A stretch of DNA of 62,115 nucleotides from the sequence record DRR378314_172. The stretch is one strand, 5' to 3'. Made by a program: the position numbers and the translations under genes. Under the pieces are notes generated by a model, which saw only the letters and a list, made by a program, of their open reading frames with translations, was not told the origin of the DNA and ran no database searches. Shown piece after piece: positions 48,797 through 58,925 of this stretch. Each line of letters starts with the position of its first letter. Position 1 is the first letter of the stretch.

Positions 48797-49801
48797 ATGA
48801 GTTCTGCCAAACAGACCCAGACAAATTCAGAGGATTATCTGCGCATGTACCGCCAGATGGTCCGTATCCGCACCTTTGAGGACAACGCCAACCAGCTGTA
48901 CCTCTCGGCCAAGATGCCGGGGCTGACGCATATGTATTCCGGCGAAGAAGCCGTCGCCGTGGGCATCTGCGAGGCCCTGAAGGTCAGCGACAAGATCACC
49001 TCCACCCACCGCGGCCATGGCCATTGCGTCGCCAAGGGCGCCGCCTTCAAAGAGATGTTCTGCGAGCTGCTGGGCAAGGAAGAAGGCTACTGCCGCGGCA
49101 AGGGCGGCTCGATGCATATCGCCGATCAGTCCAACGGAAACCTCGGCGCCAATGCGATCGTCGGGGGATCCATGGGCATCGCCACCGGAGCCGCCTTCAG
49201 CGCCAAACTGGCCGGGCGCGACGACGTGGCCGTGTGCTTTTTCGGTGATGGCGCGACCGCGCAGGGATTGATGTACGAGGTCATGAATATGGCCGCCCTG
49301 TGGAAGCTGCCGGTGATTTATGCCTGCGAAAACAACGGCTACTCGGAATACACCAAGACCGATGAAATCGCCGCCGGCTCCATCACGGCCCGCGCCGAGG
49401 CCTTTGGCATCGAGGCGCATCAGGTGGACGGTCAGGACGTGCTGGCGGTCAATACACTGACCCAGCAGCTGGTGGAGCGTGCGCGCAAGGGCGAGGGTCC
49501 GTTTTTCATGGAGCTGATGACCTACCGCTACCACGGCCACCATGTCGGCGACATCAATCGCGAATACTACCGCTCCAAGGATGAGGAACGCGACTGGAAA
49601 GACAACCGCGACCCCATCGTGCGGTTCCGGGCCTGGCTTGTGGACGAAGGGATCGCCACCGAGGACGAGATCGAGGCGCTGAACGCGGCCGTGCGCAAAG
49701 ATGCCGAAGAGGCCGTCACCTACGCGCTTGATGCGCCTTACCCCGATGGCGCGGAGGTCGACATGCATGTCTACACCGACGTCCCCCACGCGCTGGCCTG
49801 A
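48797..49801 (+). CDS. TPP-dependent dehydrogenase E1 alpha (acetoin/pyruvate dehydrogenase-like)
   Basis: STHRGHGH, GKGGSMH, GDG...ENN TPP motif, TYRYHGH. Confidence 0.93.
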   Translation: MSSAKQTQTNSEDYLRMYRQMVRIRTFEDNANQLYLSAKMPGLTHMYSGEEAVAVGICEALKVSDKITSTHRGHGHCVAKGAAFKEMFCELLGKEEGYCRGKGGSMHIADQSNGNLGANAIVGGSMGIATGAAFSAKLAGRDDVAVCFFGDGATAQGLMYEVMNMAALWKLPVIYACENNGYSEYTKTDEIAAGSITARAEAFGIEAHQVDGQDVLAVNTLTQQLVERARKGEGPFFMELMTYRYHGHHVGDINREYYRSKDEERDWKDNRDPIVRFRAWLVDEGIATEDEIEALNAAVRKDAEEAVTYALDAPYPDGAEVDMHVYTDVPHALA

Positions 49802-49808
49802 GGAGGAA

Positions 49809-50810
49809 ATGATGCGAGAGATTACCCTGTCACAGGCGGTAAACGAGGCTTTGGCCGAAGAAATGCGCCGTGATGAAAGCGTGTTCATCATCGGCGAGGA
49901 TGTCGCCGAGGCCGGAACGCCGTTCAAGGTCCTGTCTGGTCTGGTCGAGGAATTCGGCACCGCGCGCGTTGTCGACACGCCGATCGCCGAGCCCGGTTTC
50001 ATGGGCATCGCCGTCGGGGCCGCCATGACCGGAAGCCGCCCGGTGGTGGACCTGATGTTCGGCGACTTCCTGTTTCTGGTCATGGACCAGCTCTGCAATC
50101 AGGCGGCCAAGACGCACTACATGTCTGGTGGCAAGCTGAATGTGCCTTTGGTCTTGCGCACGAACCTTGGCGCCACCCGCCGCTCTGCCGCGCAACACAG
50201 CCAGTCCCTGCACGCGCTGGTCGCCCATATTCCGGGACTGAAGGTCGCAATGCCCTCCTCCGCGCTGGAGGCAAAGGGGCTGATGAAAACCGCCATCCGC
50301 GACGACAACCCGGTGGTGATTTTCGAAGACAAGCTGATGTACAACGACAAGGCCGAGGTGCCCGAAGGCGGCGATCTGCTGATCCCCTTTGGCGTGGCCA
50401 ACGTCAAACGCGAAGGGCGCGACATCACCCTGATCGGCACCTCCTCCATGGTGCAGGTCTGCGAGAAGGCGGCCGAACTCCTCGCCGCAGAGGGCATTTC
50501 CGCAGAGGTGATCGACCCGCGCACCATCGTGCCGCTGGATGAGGCGACCCTGGTGGCCTCGGCCAAGAAAACAAGCCGCGTGATCGTGGTGGATGAGGGG
50601 CATCAGAGCTACGGCATCACCGGAGAGATCGCCAGCCGCATCAACGAAAAGGCGTTTTATCACCTCGACGCGCCCACGCTGCGGATGGGGGCGATGGATG
50701 TGCCCGTCCCCTTCTCGCCCGCATTGGAGGATCTGACCGTCCCGACACCCGAGGCCGTGGCAGAGCAGGCCCGCAAACTCTGCGCCGGGGAGATGATCCA
50801 TGCCGCTTGA
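49809..50810 (+). CDS. TPP-dependent dehydrogenase E1 beta
   Basis: GEDV, DTPIAE, AAQHSQ, EVIDPRTIVPLD; RBS GGAGG. Confidence 0.93.
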   Translation: MMREITLSQAVNEALAEEMRRDESVFIIGEDVAEAGTPFKVLSGLVEEFGTARVVDTPIAEPGFMGIAVGAAMTGSRPVVDLMFGDFLFLVMDQLCNQAAKTHYMSGGKLNVPLVLRTNLGATRRSAAQHSQSLHALVAHIPGLKVAMPSSALEAKGLMKTAIRDDNPVVIFEDKLMYNDKAEVPEGGDLLIPFGVANVKREGRDITLIGTSSMVQVCEKAAELLAAEGISAEVIDPRTIVPLDEATLVASAKKTSRVIVVDEGHQSYGITGEIASRINEKAFYHLDAPTLRMGAMDVPVPFSPALEDLTVPTPEAVAEQARKLCAGEMIHAA

Positions 50811-52119
50811 CGTCATCATGCCCGCGCTCGGCATGGCGCAGGACACCGGACGCATCGTCGCCTGGCACAAGGCATCGGGCGATGCGGTTGCCGCGGGCGA
50901 CGTGCTGTTCGAGGTGGAGACCGACAAGGCCACGATGGAGGTCGAAGCACAGGAACCGGGCTACCTGACCGATGTGGCTGCCGCCGCCGGCGATGATGTC
51001 CCGGTCGGAGATGTCATCGCCCGGATCGCGGACGCCCCCGGCGACAGCGCCTCCCCCTCCCCTGCGCCGTCAGACAACGCGTCACCCCCGGCGGATGCCC
51101 TGCCCGAGGGCAACAGCGTCATCATGCCGACACTGGGCATGGCGCAAGACACCGGGCAACTGGTGGCATGGCACAAGACCCCGGGAGAGGCCGTGGCAGC
51201 GGATGATATTCTGTTCGAGGTGGAAACCGACAAGAGCACGGTTGAGGTGCCTGCCGGCTTTGACGGCTATTTCGCTGCACAACTGGCCGAGTCGGGCGAG
51301 GATGTGCCCGTCGGGGATACCATCGCCATCATTTCCGCCGCGCCCCCGGACACGCCTGTGGTCCGGCGCCATGCCACACAGACAGTCGATGACAACGCGC
51401 CGCCTGTGGCGGACGACACGAACCGCAAACCAAGCCCGCCGCCCAAGCCCGAGCCGGAGCGCCGCTCCAATGCGGCACAAGCGGGAACGCCCCGTTCCGA
51501 CGGGCGCATTCTGGCCTCCCCCAAAGCGCGCAGACTGGCGCGCGAACAGGGGCTGGATCTGGAGCGTTTGGTGCAGGCCGGACACCCGCAGCCCTATCAT
51601 GTGCGCGATCTGGAGGTGCTGAAGGCGTTGCCGACACAGGCACAGGCGATGCAGGCACAGACGTCACAGCCCGCGCGACGCCTGACCGCGGAATTGACGT
51701 CTGTGGACCTTGCGGCCTTCACCAACTGGGCGGCAGAGCATGCAGATATCGGCGACCCCAGAGCGCTGCTTGCCGGGCTGGCGGGCGCCGGGCTGGAACG
51801 TGATGACGCGGTGGTCGCGGTCGAACAACCGGGCGATCTGCGTCATTTTCACGTACCGCGCGGCGCATTGGGTGGCGTCACGCCGCATGACGGTGAAGAC
51901 CCCTCCCCCGACCTGATCTTGCGCGACTTGCGGCAGGCGCGGATCACGACCGTCGCCATCGGGCCCGAAAAGGCCCCGGTCCTGACCCTGACAACCTGCG
52001 GAGAGGGGCTTTCCCTCACCTTGGAATGCAGCGCCGAACAGCTCTCCGGGCCCGCAGCGGTCACCCTTCTGTCCGAGACGGCAGGCCGACTGGAGCAGCC
52101 GCTCCGCCACCTGCTTTGA
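50800..52119 (+). CDS. Di-lipoyl carrier protein with peripheral-subunit-binding domain and degenerate acyltransferase region
   Basis: Two lipoyl domains (EVETDKATME; EVETDKSTVE), ASPKARRLAREQGLDL; C-terminus lacks DHRxxDG. Confidence 0.8.
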   Translation: MPLDVIMPALGMAQDTGRIVAWHKASGDAVAAGDVLFEVETDKATMEVEAQEPGYLTDVAAAAGDDVPVGDVIARIADAPGDSASPSPAPSDNASPPADALPEGNSVIMPTLGMAQDTGQLVAWHKTPGEAVAADDILFEVETDKSTVEVPAGFDGYFAAQLAESGEDVPVGDTIAIISAAPPDTPVVRRHATQTVDDNAPPVADDTNRKPSPPPKPEPERRSNAAQAGTPRSDGRILASPKARRLAREQGLDLERLVQAGHPQPYHVRDLEVLKALPTQAQAMQAQTSQPARRLTAELTSVDLAAFTNWAAEHADIGDPRALLAGLAGAGLERDDAVVAVEQPGDLRHFHVPRGALGGVTPHDGEDPSPDLILRDLRQARITTVAIGPEKAPVLTLTTCGEGLSLTLECSAEQLSGPAAVTLLSETAGRLEQPLRHLL

Positions 52120-52136
52120 CCCCATTTTGATGACCC

Positions 52137-53579
52137 ATGGAGTATGACATGGACCACACGGATCTCTATATAAACGGCCGCTGGCAACCTGGTGCCGAGG
52201 GCGCCCGCTTTGACGTGGTGAACCCGGCGACCGAAACTGTTCTGGCCTCCGTCGCCTCGGCAGAAATCGCCGATGCAAATGCCGCGCTGGATGCCGCAGA
52301 AACCGCGATGAAGGACTGGGCCGCCCGCACGCCGCGGCAACGCTCCGAAGTGCTGCGCAAGGCCTGGGAGCTGATGACAGCGCGGCTGGACACATTTGCC
52401 CATCTGATCACGCTGGAGAATGGCAAGGCCGGGGCCGATGCCATGGGCGAGGCGACCTATGCGGCCGAGTTCTTCCGCTGGTTCGCCGAAGAGGCCGTGC
52501 GGGCAGACGGGATTTTGACCCACGCGCCTGCCTCCGGCGCGCGGATCATGGTGCAGCACAAACCTGCAGGCCTCGCGGTGCTGGTCACCCCGTGGAATTA
52601 CCCCGCCGCCATGGGCACCCGCAAGATTGCCCCTGCGCTGGCGGCTGGCTGTGGTGTCATTATCAAGCCTGCCTCGGAAACCCCGCTGACCATGCTGGCG
52701 CTGATGCCGCTGCTGGAAGAGGCCGGAGTGCCGCCGGGCCTGGTGAACGTGCTGCCCTCGCGCCGCACCGGCGCGTTGGTCGACCACATGCTGCATGATC
52801 CCCGCGTCCGGGTGGTGTCCTTTACCGGCTCCACCGGAGTGGGCCGCAAGCTGCTGCATTCCGCCGCAGATCAGGTCCTGAAACCCGCGATGGAACTGGG
52901 CGGCAACGCGCCCCTGATTGTCTGTCACGACGCCGATATCGAGGAGGCGGTGGCCGGCACCATGCTGGCCAAGATGCGCAACCTCGGCGAGGCCTGCACC
53001 GCCGCCAACCGCATCTACGTGCATGACAGCGTGGCAGCAGACTACACCCGTCGCCTCAGCGCGGCCATGTCGGAACTGAAAGTCGGCGATGGCAGCGATC
53101 CGTCGGTCGATGTGGGCCCGTTGGTCAATGCCGACACAAGAGACAAGGTGGCGGGCTTCGTGCAGGACGCGCTCGCCAAGGGGGCCAGACTGGAATGCGG
53201 CGGCGACATCCCGGCGGGCAAGGGGTATTTCTACCCGCCCACGGTGCTGTCGAACGTGCCGGAAACCGCTGATTGCGTGCATGACGAGATCTTTGGCCCG
53301 GTTGCCGCGATACAGACCTTCCAAGATGAAGACGATGCGATCACCCGGGCCAATGCCACGGAATACGGGCTGGTCGCTTATGTCTTCAGCCGCGACATGA
53401 AGCGCGCGCTGCAGCTGTGCGAACGTCTGGAATACGGCATGGTCGGACTCAACCGTGGGCTCGTCAGTGATCCCGCCGCCCCTTTCGGTGGTGTGAAACA
53501 GTCGGGACTGGGCCGCGAGGGCGGCCATGAAGGCATGCTTGAGTTCATGGAAACCCAATATATTTCGGCCAGTTGGTAA
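52137..53579 (+). CDS. NAD-dependent succinate-semialdehyde dehydrogenase-like ALDH
   Basis: TPWNYP, FTGSTGVG, ELGGNAP, GEACTAANR, EIFGPV, PFGGVKQSGLGREG. Confidence 0.9.
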   Translation: MEYDMDHTDLYINGRWQPGAEGARFDVVNPATETVLASVASAEIADANAALDAAETAMKDWAARTPRQRSEVLRKAWELMTARLDTFAHLITLENGKAGADAMGEATYAAEFFRWFAEEAVRADGILTHAPASGARIMVQHKPAGLAVLVTPWNYPAAMGTRKIAPALAAGCGVIIKPASETPLTMLALMPLLEEAGVPPGLVNVLPSRRTGALVDHMLHDPRVRVVSFTGSTGVGRKLLHSAADQVLKPAMELGGNAPLIVCHDADIEEAVAGTMLAKMRNLGEACTAANRIYVHDSVAADYTRRLSAAMSELKVGDGSDPSVDVGPLVNADTRDKVAGFVQDALAKGARLECGGDIPAGKGYFYPPTVLSNVPETADCVHDEIFGPVAAIQTFQDEDDAITRANATEYGLVAYVFSRDMKRALQLCERLEYGMVGLNRGLVSDPAAPFGGVKQSGLGREGGHEGMLEFMETQYISASW

Positions 53580-53589
53580 GGAGGCACAT

Positions 53590-54474
53590 ATGTCGGATAT
53601 CATCGCCTCCCCATCAGTCCGCGCATCTGCGTTGAACAAGGGCATAGACCTGGCGCAGTTGGCACAGGATCTGGGCCGCACCACCATCGGCCACGAGGAT
53701 CTGACCACGACGGCACGCGCGCCAGACGCGGGCGCCGCGCAGAACACGCAGTATTGGCAGGTCGACCACAGCGCCTATGGGCCCGTGACAGAAGAGCCGC
53801 TCAGCCGGTTCGCTCAGGTGGCTGCAGGTAATCTTGGTGCCGCCAATGCGCTGATCCCGCAGGTCACGCATCACGATCAGGCGGATATGGCGGCGATCGA
53901 GGCGCTGCGCCAGAACTGGAAACCGGACGCGCAGGCCCGTGGCATCAAGCTGACAGCGCTGGCCTTTCACGTCATGGCGCTGGCGCGCAGCCTGCGGGAA
54001 TTCCCCACGTTCAACGCCTCGCTCAGCGCAGATGGCAAGACGCTGATCCTAAAAGACTATGTTCACATCGGCATTGCCGTGGACACGGCCCATGGGTTGA
54101 TGGTTCCGGTCATTCGGAATGCGGACAGAAAAGGCCTGTTTCAAATTTCAGGTGAAATCACGGATCTGGCCGCTCGGGCGCAGTCGCGCAAGATTGCCCC
54201 CGATGAGATGGGCGGCGCCTCGATGAGTATCTCGAACCTCGGCGGGATCGGCGGCTCCGCGTTTACCCCGATCGTCAATCCGCCGGAGCTGGCGATCCTC
54301 GGCATTACCCGGTCGCAGATGGTCCCCGAGTGGGATGGCGAAGCCTTCAAGCCGGTGCTCAAGGCCCCGCTGGATCTGAGCTACGACCACAGGGTGATCA
54401 ACGGGGCCGATGCCGCGCGCTTCATGTCCTGCCTGTGTGGGTTTCTCACAGAACCACGGCGGCTCGTGATCTGA
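53590..54474 (+). CDS. 2-oxoacid dehydrogenase E2 acyltransferase lacking lipoyl domains
   Basis: ASPSVR binding-domain remnant, ISNLGGIGG.AFTPIVN.PE, catalytic DHRVINGADAARF; RBS AAGGAGG before ATG 53590. Confidence 0.88.
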   Translation: MSDIIASPSVRASALNKGIDLAQLAQDLGRTTIGHEDLTTTARAPDAGAAQNTQYWQVDHSAYGPVTEEPLSRFAQVAAGNLGAANALIPQVTHHDQADMAAIEALRQNWKPDAQARGIKLTALAFHVMALARSLREFPTFNASLSADGKTLILKDYVHIGIAVDTAHGLMVPVIRNADRKGLFQISGEITDLAARAQSRKIAPDEMGGASMSISNLGGIGGSAFTPIVNPPELAILGITRSQMVPEWDGEAFKPVLKAPLDLSYDHRVINGADAARFMSCLCGFLTEPRRLVI

Positions 54475-54507
54475 GAGACGCGCCAGGGACTTCACCCTAT
54501 TGGCGGG

Positions 54508-55677
54508 TTATCCTGACGCCTGCCTGCGCAATGAAGCCAGAACCTCCTCGGTATGTTCGCCTAATTCCGGGGCTGGCAGGCGCACCTCGCAGGGGGTGCG
54601 CGACAATTTCACCGGAAAGCCCAGCATCCGGACGTCGCCTCGATCACCGTGTGGCACATCGATAGCCATCTCCTGCGCCTGAATCTGCGGGTCCTCAAAC
54701 ACATCCTTGAGGGTCTGGACCTTGCCAGTCGGCACGCCAGCGCGATTCAATCGGGCAATCCAGTTTTCGCGCGTATCCGTGGCCAGCGCCGCATCGAGAA
54801 TGTCGTGCAACTCCGCGCGCCGCGAAAAGCGCGCATCATTGCTGGCAAAGCGCGGGTCGTCCAGCAGGTTCGGCAAGCCGATTTCACCCAGCAATCGACG
54901 CAATATCTGATCATTCGATGCCGCAATCGCGATTTGCCCGTCAGCCGTATTATAGAGCCCGTAGGGCGCCACAAGCGGATGGTCATTGCCGGTGCGCTGC
55001 GGGTTTTCTCCGGTGACGAAATGCTCTGACGCCAGATAGGCCATCATGCTCAAGACGCCGTTCACCATCGAGGTCTCAACAGCCTGCCCCACCCCGTCGC
55101 GGTTGCGCCCGTGCAGCGCCGATGCGATCCCAAACGCGGTGTACAACCCCGCCACGAGGTCCGTTACGGGCTGCGCGGCGCGAAGCGGCGGCTCTCCTGC
55201 GGGACCATTGACGCTCATGAAGCCGCTCATGGCCTGCGCAATAAAATCAAAGGCGGGACGATCCGTATAGGGGCCAGTCGAGCCAAATCCATTGACGCTG
55301 GCAACGATAAGGCGCGGATTGATGCTGTCGAGGCGGTCTTGCGGGAACCCCATGCGCGCAAGAACACCGGGGCGAAAATTCTCCAGCAACACATCCGCAG
55401 TCTCAAGCAGTTGGGCCAGAGTGTCGCGTCCTTCATCGGAATAGAGATCGAGCACCACGGACTTCTTGTTGCGGTTAAAGCTCGCAAAATACCACGAGAA
55501 CCCGTTCTTGTGATGCCCCTGCCCGCGCACCGGATCCCCCGCCGGGCTTTCGATTTTGATGACCTCGGCCCCCATGTCGCCCAGCAACATGGAGCAGAAT
55601 GGTCCGGACAGCACGCGGGTCAGGTCGACGACGCGAATGCCGTCCAGCGGCGGCTTCATCTCATTCCCGGAGATCAT
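54508..55677 (-). CDS. Family III CoA transferase (CaiB/BaiF)
   Basis: LDGIRVVDL..VLSGP, NRNKKS, ENFRPG, FDFIAQAMSG, APELGEHT. Confidence 0.93.
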   Translation of the reverse strand: MISGNEMKPPLDGIRVVDLTRVLSGPFCSMLLGDMGAEVIKIESPAGDPVRGQGHHKNGFSWYFASFNRNKKSVVLDLYSDEGRDTLAQLLETADVLLENFRPGVLARMGFPQDRLDSINPRLIVASVNGFGSTGPYTDRPAFDFIAQAMSGFMSVNGPAGEPPLRAAQPVTDLVAGLYTAFGIASALHGRNRDGVGQAVETSMVNGVLSMMAYLASEHFVTGENPQRTGNDHPLVAPYGLYNTADGQIAIAASNDQILRRLLGEIGLPNLLDDPRFASNDARFSRRAELHDILDAALATDTRENWIARLNRAGVPTGKVQTLKDVFEDPQIQAQEMAIDVPHGDRGDVRMLGFPVKLSRTPCEVRLPAPELGEHTEEVLASLRRQASG

Positions 55678-56639
55678 GCGCGGCTCCCACTTGAGGACCG
55701 GACATCCTCGCGCTCGTATCTGCGCAGCCGTGGACCGGCCTTCATGACCTGCCCCGGCAAAGTCTGTCCAAGCGCCTTCTCGGTGCGTCGCGCGACCTCA
55801 ATCAGCGCATCGAGATCTATGCCGGTCGCCACGCCGCTCTCCTGCAGCATGTAGACCAGATCTTCTGTACAGATGTTGCCGGTTGCGCCGGGTGCAAATG
55901 GACAACCGCCGATCCCGGCGATACTTGCCTCAAACCGGGTGATCCCTTCCTGCAGTCCGGCGTAGGCGCAGGCCAGCCCCACACCGCGCGTATTGTGGAA
56001 ATGCAATGCGATATCCGCCGCAGGCACCTCGGTCGCCAAAGTCCGGCACCGCTCCTGCACCAGTCTAGGCGTTGCCATGCCGGTTGTGTCGCCGAGGGTA
56101 AGCTGCGCGATACCGCAGTCGCCATAGGACTTCGCCACCTGCACAATATCTTTGATCGCGACATTGCCCTCAAAGGGGCAGCCAAACGCGGTGGCAATGG
56201 CACCATAAACCGGCACATCCGCATCCTGCCCCATACGAGCGATCTCCGCCGCTGCGGCCAGCGACTTGTCGCGGCTGCAATTCACATTGGCCTGATTGTG
56301 GCTTTCCGAAGCAGACAGAAACACCACCATCGCATCGACGCCCGCCTCAATCGCGCGTTCGGCACCGCGCGCGTTCGGCACCAACGCCGTCAGCTCTGCA
56401 CCCCGGCTGCGATCAATTCCCGCCATGACCTCACGTGCATCCGCCATATTGGGCACGGCGCGCGGCGCGACAAAGGATGTCACCTCCAACTGCGGCACAC
56501 CGGCAGCAATCAGCGTGTTGATCAATTCGATTTTCACATCAGTGGACACCGGGTCTGGCCAGGCCTGCAGCCCATCACGGGCGCCCACGTCCACAATGCG
56601 CACGCGCTCGGGAAACCCGTCTAGCGGAACCTCGGTCAT
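55674..56639 (-). CDS. HMG-CoA lyase family protein
   Basis: DVGARDGLQ, SFV.P.AVP.MAD, LHFHNTRG, GIGGCPFAPGATGN..TED; start ATG 56639 after RBS GGAGGAG. Confidence 0.92.
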   Translation of the reverse strand: MTEVPLDGFPERVRIVDVGARDGLQAWPDPVSTDVKIELINTLIAAGVPQLEVTSFVAPRAVPNMADAREVMAGIDRSRGAELTALVPNARGAERAIEAGVDAMVVFLSASESHNQANVNCSRDKSLAAAAEIARMGQDADVPVYGAIATAFGCPFEGNVAIKDIVQVAKSYGDCGIAQLTLGDTTGMATPRLVQERCRTLATEVPAADIALHFHNTRGVGLACAYAGLQEGITRFEASIAGIGGCPFAPGATGNICTEDLVYMLQESGVATGIDLDALIEVARRTEKALGQTLPGQVMKAGPRLRRYEREDVRSSSGSRA

Positions 56640-56665
56640 GAGCTCTCCTCCAAAAGCTGTTGATG

Positions 56666-56688
56666 TGGTCGACCGCGTTGGTATACCA
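56666..56688. promoter_or_regulatory. Putative GntR/FadR-type operators
   Basis: TGGTCGACCG (56666-56675) and perfect palindrome TGGTATACCA (56679-56688) in the 67-bp divergent gap between the lyase and gntR. Confidence 0.6.
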
Positions 56689-56706
56689 TTAGCGTAAGGA
56701 GGGTCA

Positions 56707-57444
56707 ATGCGGACCATGACGAGCGACAAGGTGACAGGCAAAGAGGAGCTGCCGCGCACGGAACGCGCACTTCAGGAAATCCGTCGGGATGTCCTGTCGA
56801 TGGCCTTTGCGCCCGGAGAACCTGTATCGGAACGCGCCCTGGAAGAGCGCTACGGCATGTCCCGCACCCCAATCCGCGCTGCTCTGGCAGCCCTGATCGG
56901 CGAAGGACTGATCGTCCGTGACCCACGGCGCGGATACATGATCGCGCCGATCAACCTGCAGGAAATCCACGATCTCTTCGAATTCCGTGAAGAGCTGGAA
57001 GACACCGCCGTGCGCCTCGCCTGTCGGCGCGCCCGTCCCGAAGACCTCGACGCGCTGCGCCGCACCGTCGAGCGCGGGCGCACCGACTTCGAGGTCGAGG
57101 ACTGGATGGCCTCCGGGCTCGACGTACATGTGGAGCTGGCGGCGTTGTCCGGCAATCCGTTCCTGCGCGATGCGGTCCATGCAGCCGTCGGTCGCGCGTT
57201 GCGACTGCGCTGGCTACTGGCCAGCGACAAGACGCAACGCGACGCGGCATTCAAGGAACACAGCGAAATCCTCGATCTGGTTGCCGCGGGCGACGAGGAC
57301 GAGGCGGCCCGCAAGATCCGGTTGCACACCCAGGCAGTGCGCGACCAGATTCTGGCGGCCGTGGAGGGCGCGCGCCGCTTTCTCGGCACGCGCGGCGTCG
57401 TGGATCAGACCAGCGCACAGGCGCGGAACGATACGGACGCGTAG
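56707..57444 (+). CDS. GntR family (FCD) transcriptional regulator
   Basis: PGEPVSERALEERYGMSRTPIRAAL HTH; FCD domain with H...SGNPFL and EH..I. Confidence 0.93.
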   Translation: MRTMTSDKVTGKEELPRTERALQEIRRDVLSMAFAPGEPVSERALEERYGMSRTPIRAALAALIGEGLIVRDPRRGYMIAPINLQEIHDLFEFREELEDTAVRLACRRARPEDLDALRRTVERGRTDFEVEDWMASGLDVHVELAALSGNPFLRDAVHAAVGRALRLRWLLASDKTQRDAAFKEHSEILDLVAAGDEDEAARKIRLHTQAVRDQILAAVEGARRFLGTRGVVDQTSAQARNDTDA

Positions 57445-57510
57445 CAAGACGATCCCGGAGTGGGAGTTCCGGGAAAATGGCCTTTGGGCCGAGGACTTAA
57501 GGGAGGAACC

Positions 57511-58488
57511 ATGTCCTATACACGCAAACTACTCGCCGGCGCGATACTCGCCACCGGCCTAACCGCCACGAGCGCAATTACTGCGAGCGCGGCAGAATGT
57601 ATTGCCCCTGCCGATCCCGGGGGCGGTTGGGATTTCACCTGCCGCACCGTCGGTCGCCTGCTTACCGAACTGGGTCTTGAAGAGGGCTCCGTTCAGGTCA
57701 CCAACATGCCCGGCGGTGTGGGCGCCGTCGCCTTTGCCAACGTCGCAGGCAAGCGTGCGGATGACGGCGACGTTCTGGTTGCAACTTCGACCGTTGGCGT
57801 CACTCAGATCGCCCAGGGCAAGTATCCGGGTGGTATCGACGTGATGCGCTGGGTCGGCATGCTCGGCACGGATGTTGGCGTGATCGTGGTCCCCGCAGAT
57901 TCGGAATATGAAACCGTCGATGACCTGCTCAATACCCTCAAGGCCGATCCAACGTCAGTGCCTGTGGCAGGATCTTCCGGCGCCGGTGGCTGGGATCACA
58001 TCCGCCTTCTGATGCTCGCCGATGAAGCGGGCATGGACGATGACGCCTATAAGGCAATTCGCTGGGTACAGTTTGACGGCGGCAGCCCTGCGGTGACACA
58101 GATGCTCGGCGGTCAGGTCGGCGCGGTGTCCACGGACCTTGGTGAGATTGCGGGCTTTGTGGAATCCGGCGACATCAGGATCATTGCGGCCCTGTCCGAC
58201 GACCCCATCCCGGCCTTTCCGGATGCCCCGACGGCCAAGGCGCAGGGCTATGACGTAACCGGATACAACTGGCGTGGGTTTTATACCGGCGGCGATGTCT
58301 CGGACGCGGAATATCAGGCCTGGGTCGAGGAACTGAAGTCACTCTTTGACACCGCCGAGTGGAAAGAGGCCGCCGAGGCGAATGGTCTCATTACTGTGTG
58401 GCGTGGCGGTGAGGCCTTCGAAGCCTATGTCGCAGAGCAAGCCAAGCAGATGGAAGACATCTCGCGCAGCATCGGGGTCATCCAATGA
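57511..58488 (+). CDS. tctC: Tripartite tricarboxylate transporter substrate-binding protein
   Basis: CIAPADPGGGWDFTCR, NMPGGVG, NWRGF; RBS GGAGG. Confidence 0.9.
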   Translation: MSYTRKLLAGAILATGLTATSAITASAAECIAPADPGGGWDFTCRTVGRLLTELGLEEGSVQVTNMPGGVGAVAFANVAGKRADDGDVLVATSTVGVTQIAQGKYPGGIDVMRWVGMLGTDVGVIVVPADSEYETVDDLLNTLKADPTSVPVAGSSGAGGWDHIRLLMLADEAGMDDDAYKAIRWVQFDGGSPAVTQMLGGQVGAVSTDLGEIAGFVESGDIRIIAALSDDPIPAFPDAPTAKAQGYDVTGYNWRGFYTGGDVSDAEYQAWVEELKSLFDTAEWKEAAEANGLITVWRGGEAFEAYVAEQAKQMEDISRSIGVIQ

Positions 58489-58916
58489 TCGACCGCATTG
58501 CCGGGGCCGTGATCTTTATGGTCTCGGTCTCGGCCGTCTGGGTTGCGCGCGACTACAAGGCCGGTTTCGGGGATCCCCTGGGCCCGGCGTTGTTTCCGCA
58601 GATGGTGGCCGCTGCGGCGGCCCTTCTCAGCCTCGGGCTCATCCTGCGCCCTGACCCCAATCCCGACGCACAACCGCTGCCGGCCTTTATCCGGCAGGCC
58701 TTCACGCTTGCCGTTCTTGTCGGCTATGTTCTTCTGCTGGAGCCATTGGGTTTCCCGCTGTCGACCATGCTTGGAACCGCGTGCCTCGCGCTGCTGTTTG
58801 GGGCAGAGCCCAAAAAGGCCGGAGTGACCGGCGTTGCGGTCGGCGTATCGCTCTATTTGATTTTCGACAACCTGCTGGGGCTGCCCTTGCCCCTTGCCCC
58901 TGCCACCTTCGGCTAG
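58485..58916 (+). CDS. tctB: Tripartite tricarboxylate transporter small membrane subunit
   Basis: DPLGPALFP, LEPLGF, F...LGLPLP; 4 TM. Confidence 0.9.
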   Translation: MIDRIAGAVIFMVSVSAVWVARDYKAGFGDPLGPALFPQMVAAAAALLSLGLILRPDPNPDAQPLPAFIRQAFTLAVLVGYVLLLEPLGFPLSTMLGTACLALLFGAEPKKAGVTGVAVGVSLYLIFDNLLGLPLPLAPATFG

Positions 58917-58925
58917 CGAGACTGC

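Noticed and set aside
46230-53747. Long minus-strand ORFs (764, 423, 367 and 632 aa)
   Set aside because: Antisense to well-supported catabolic genes; no independent motifs.
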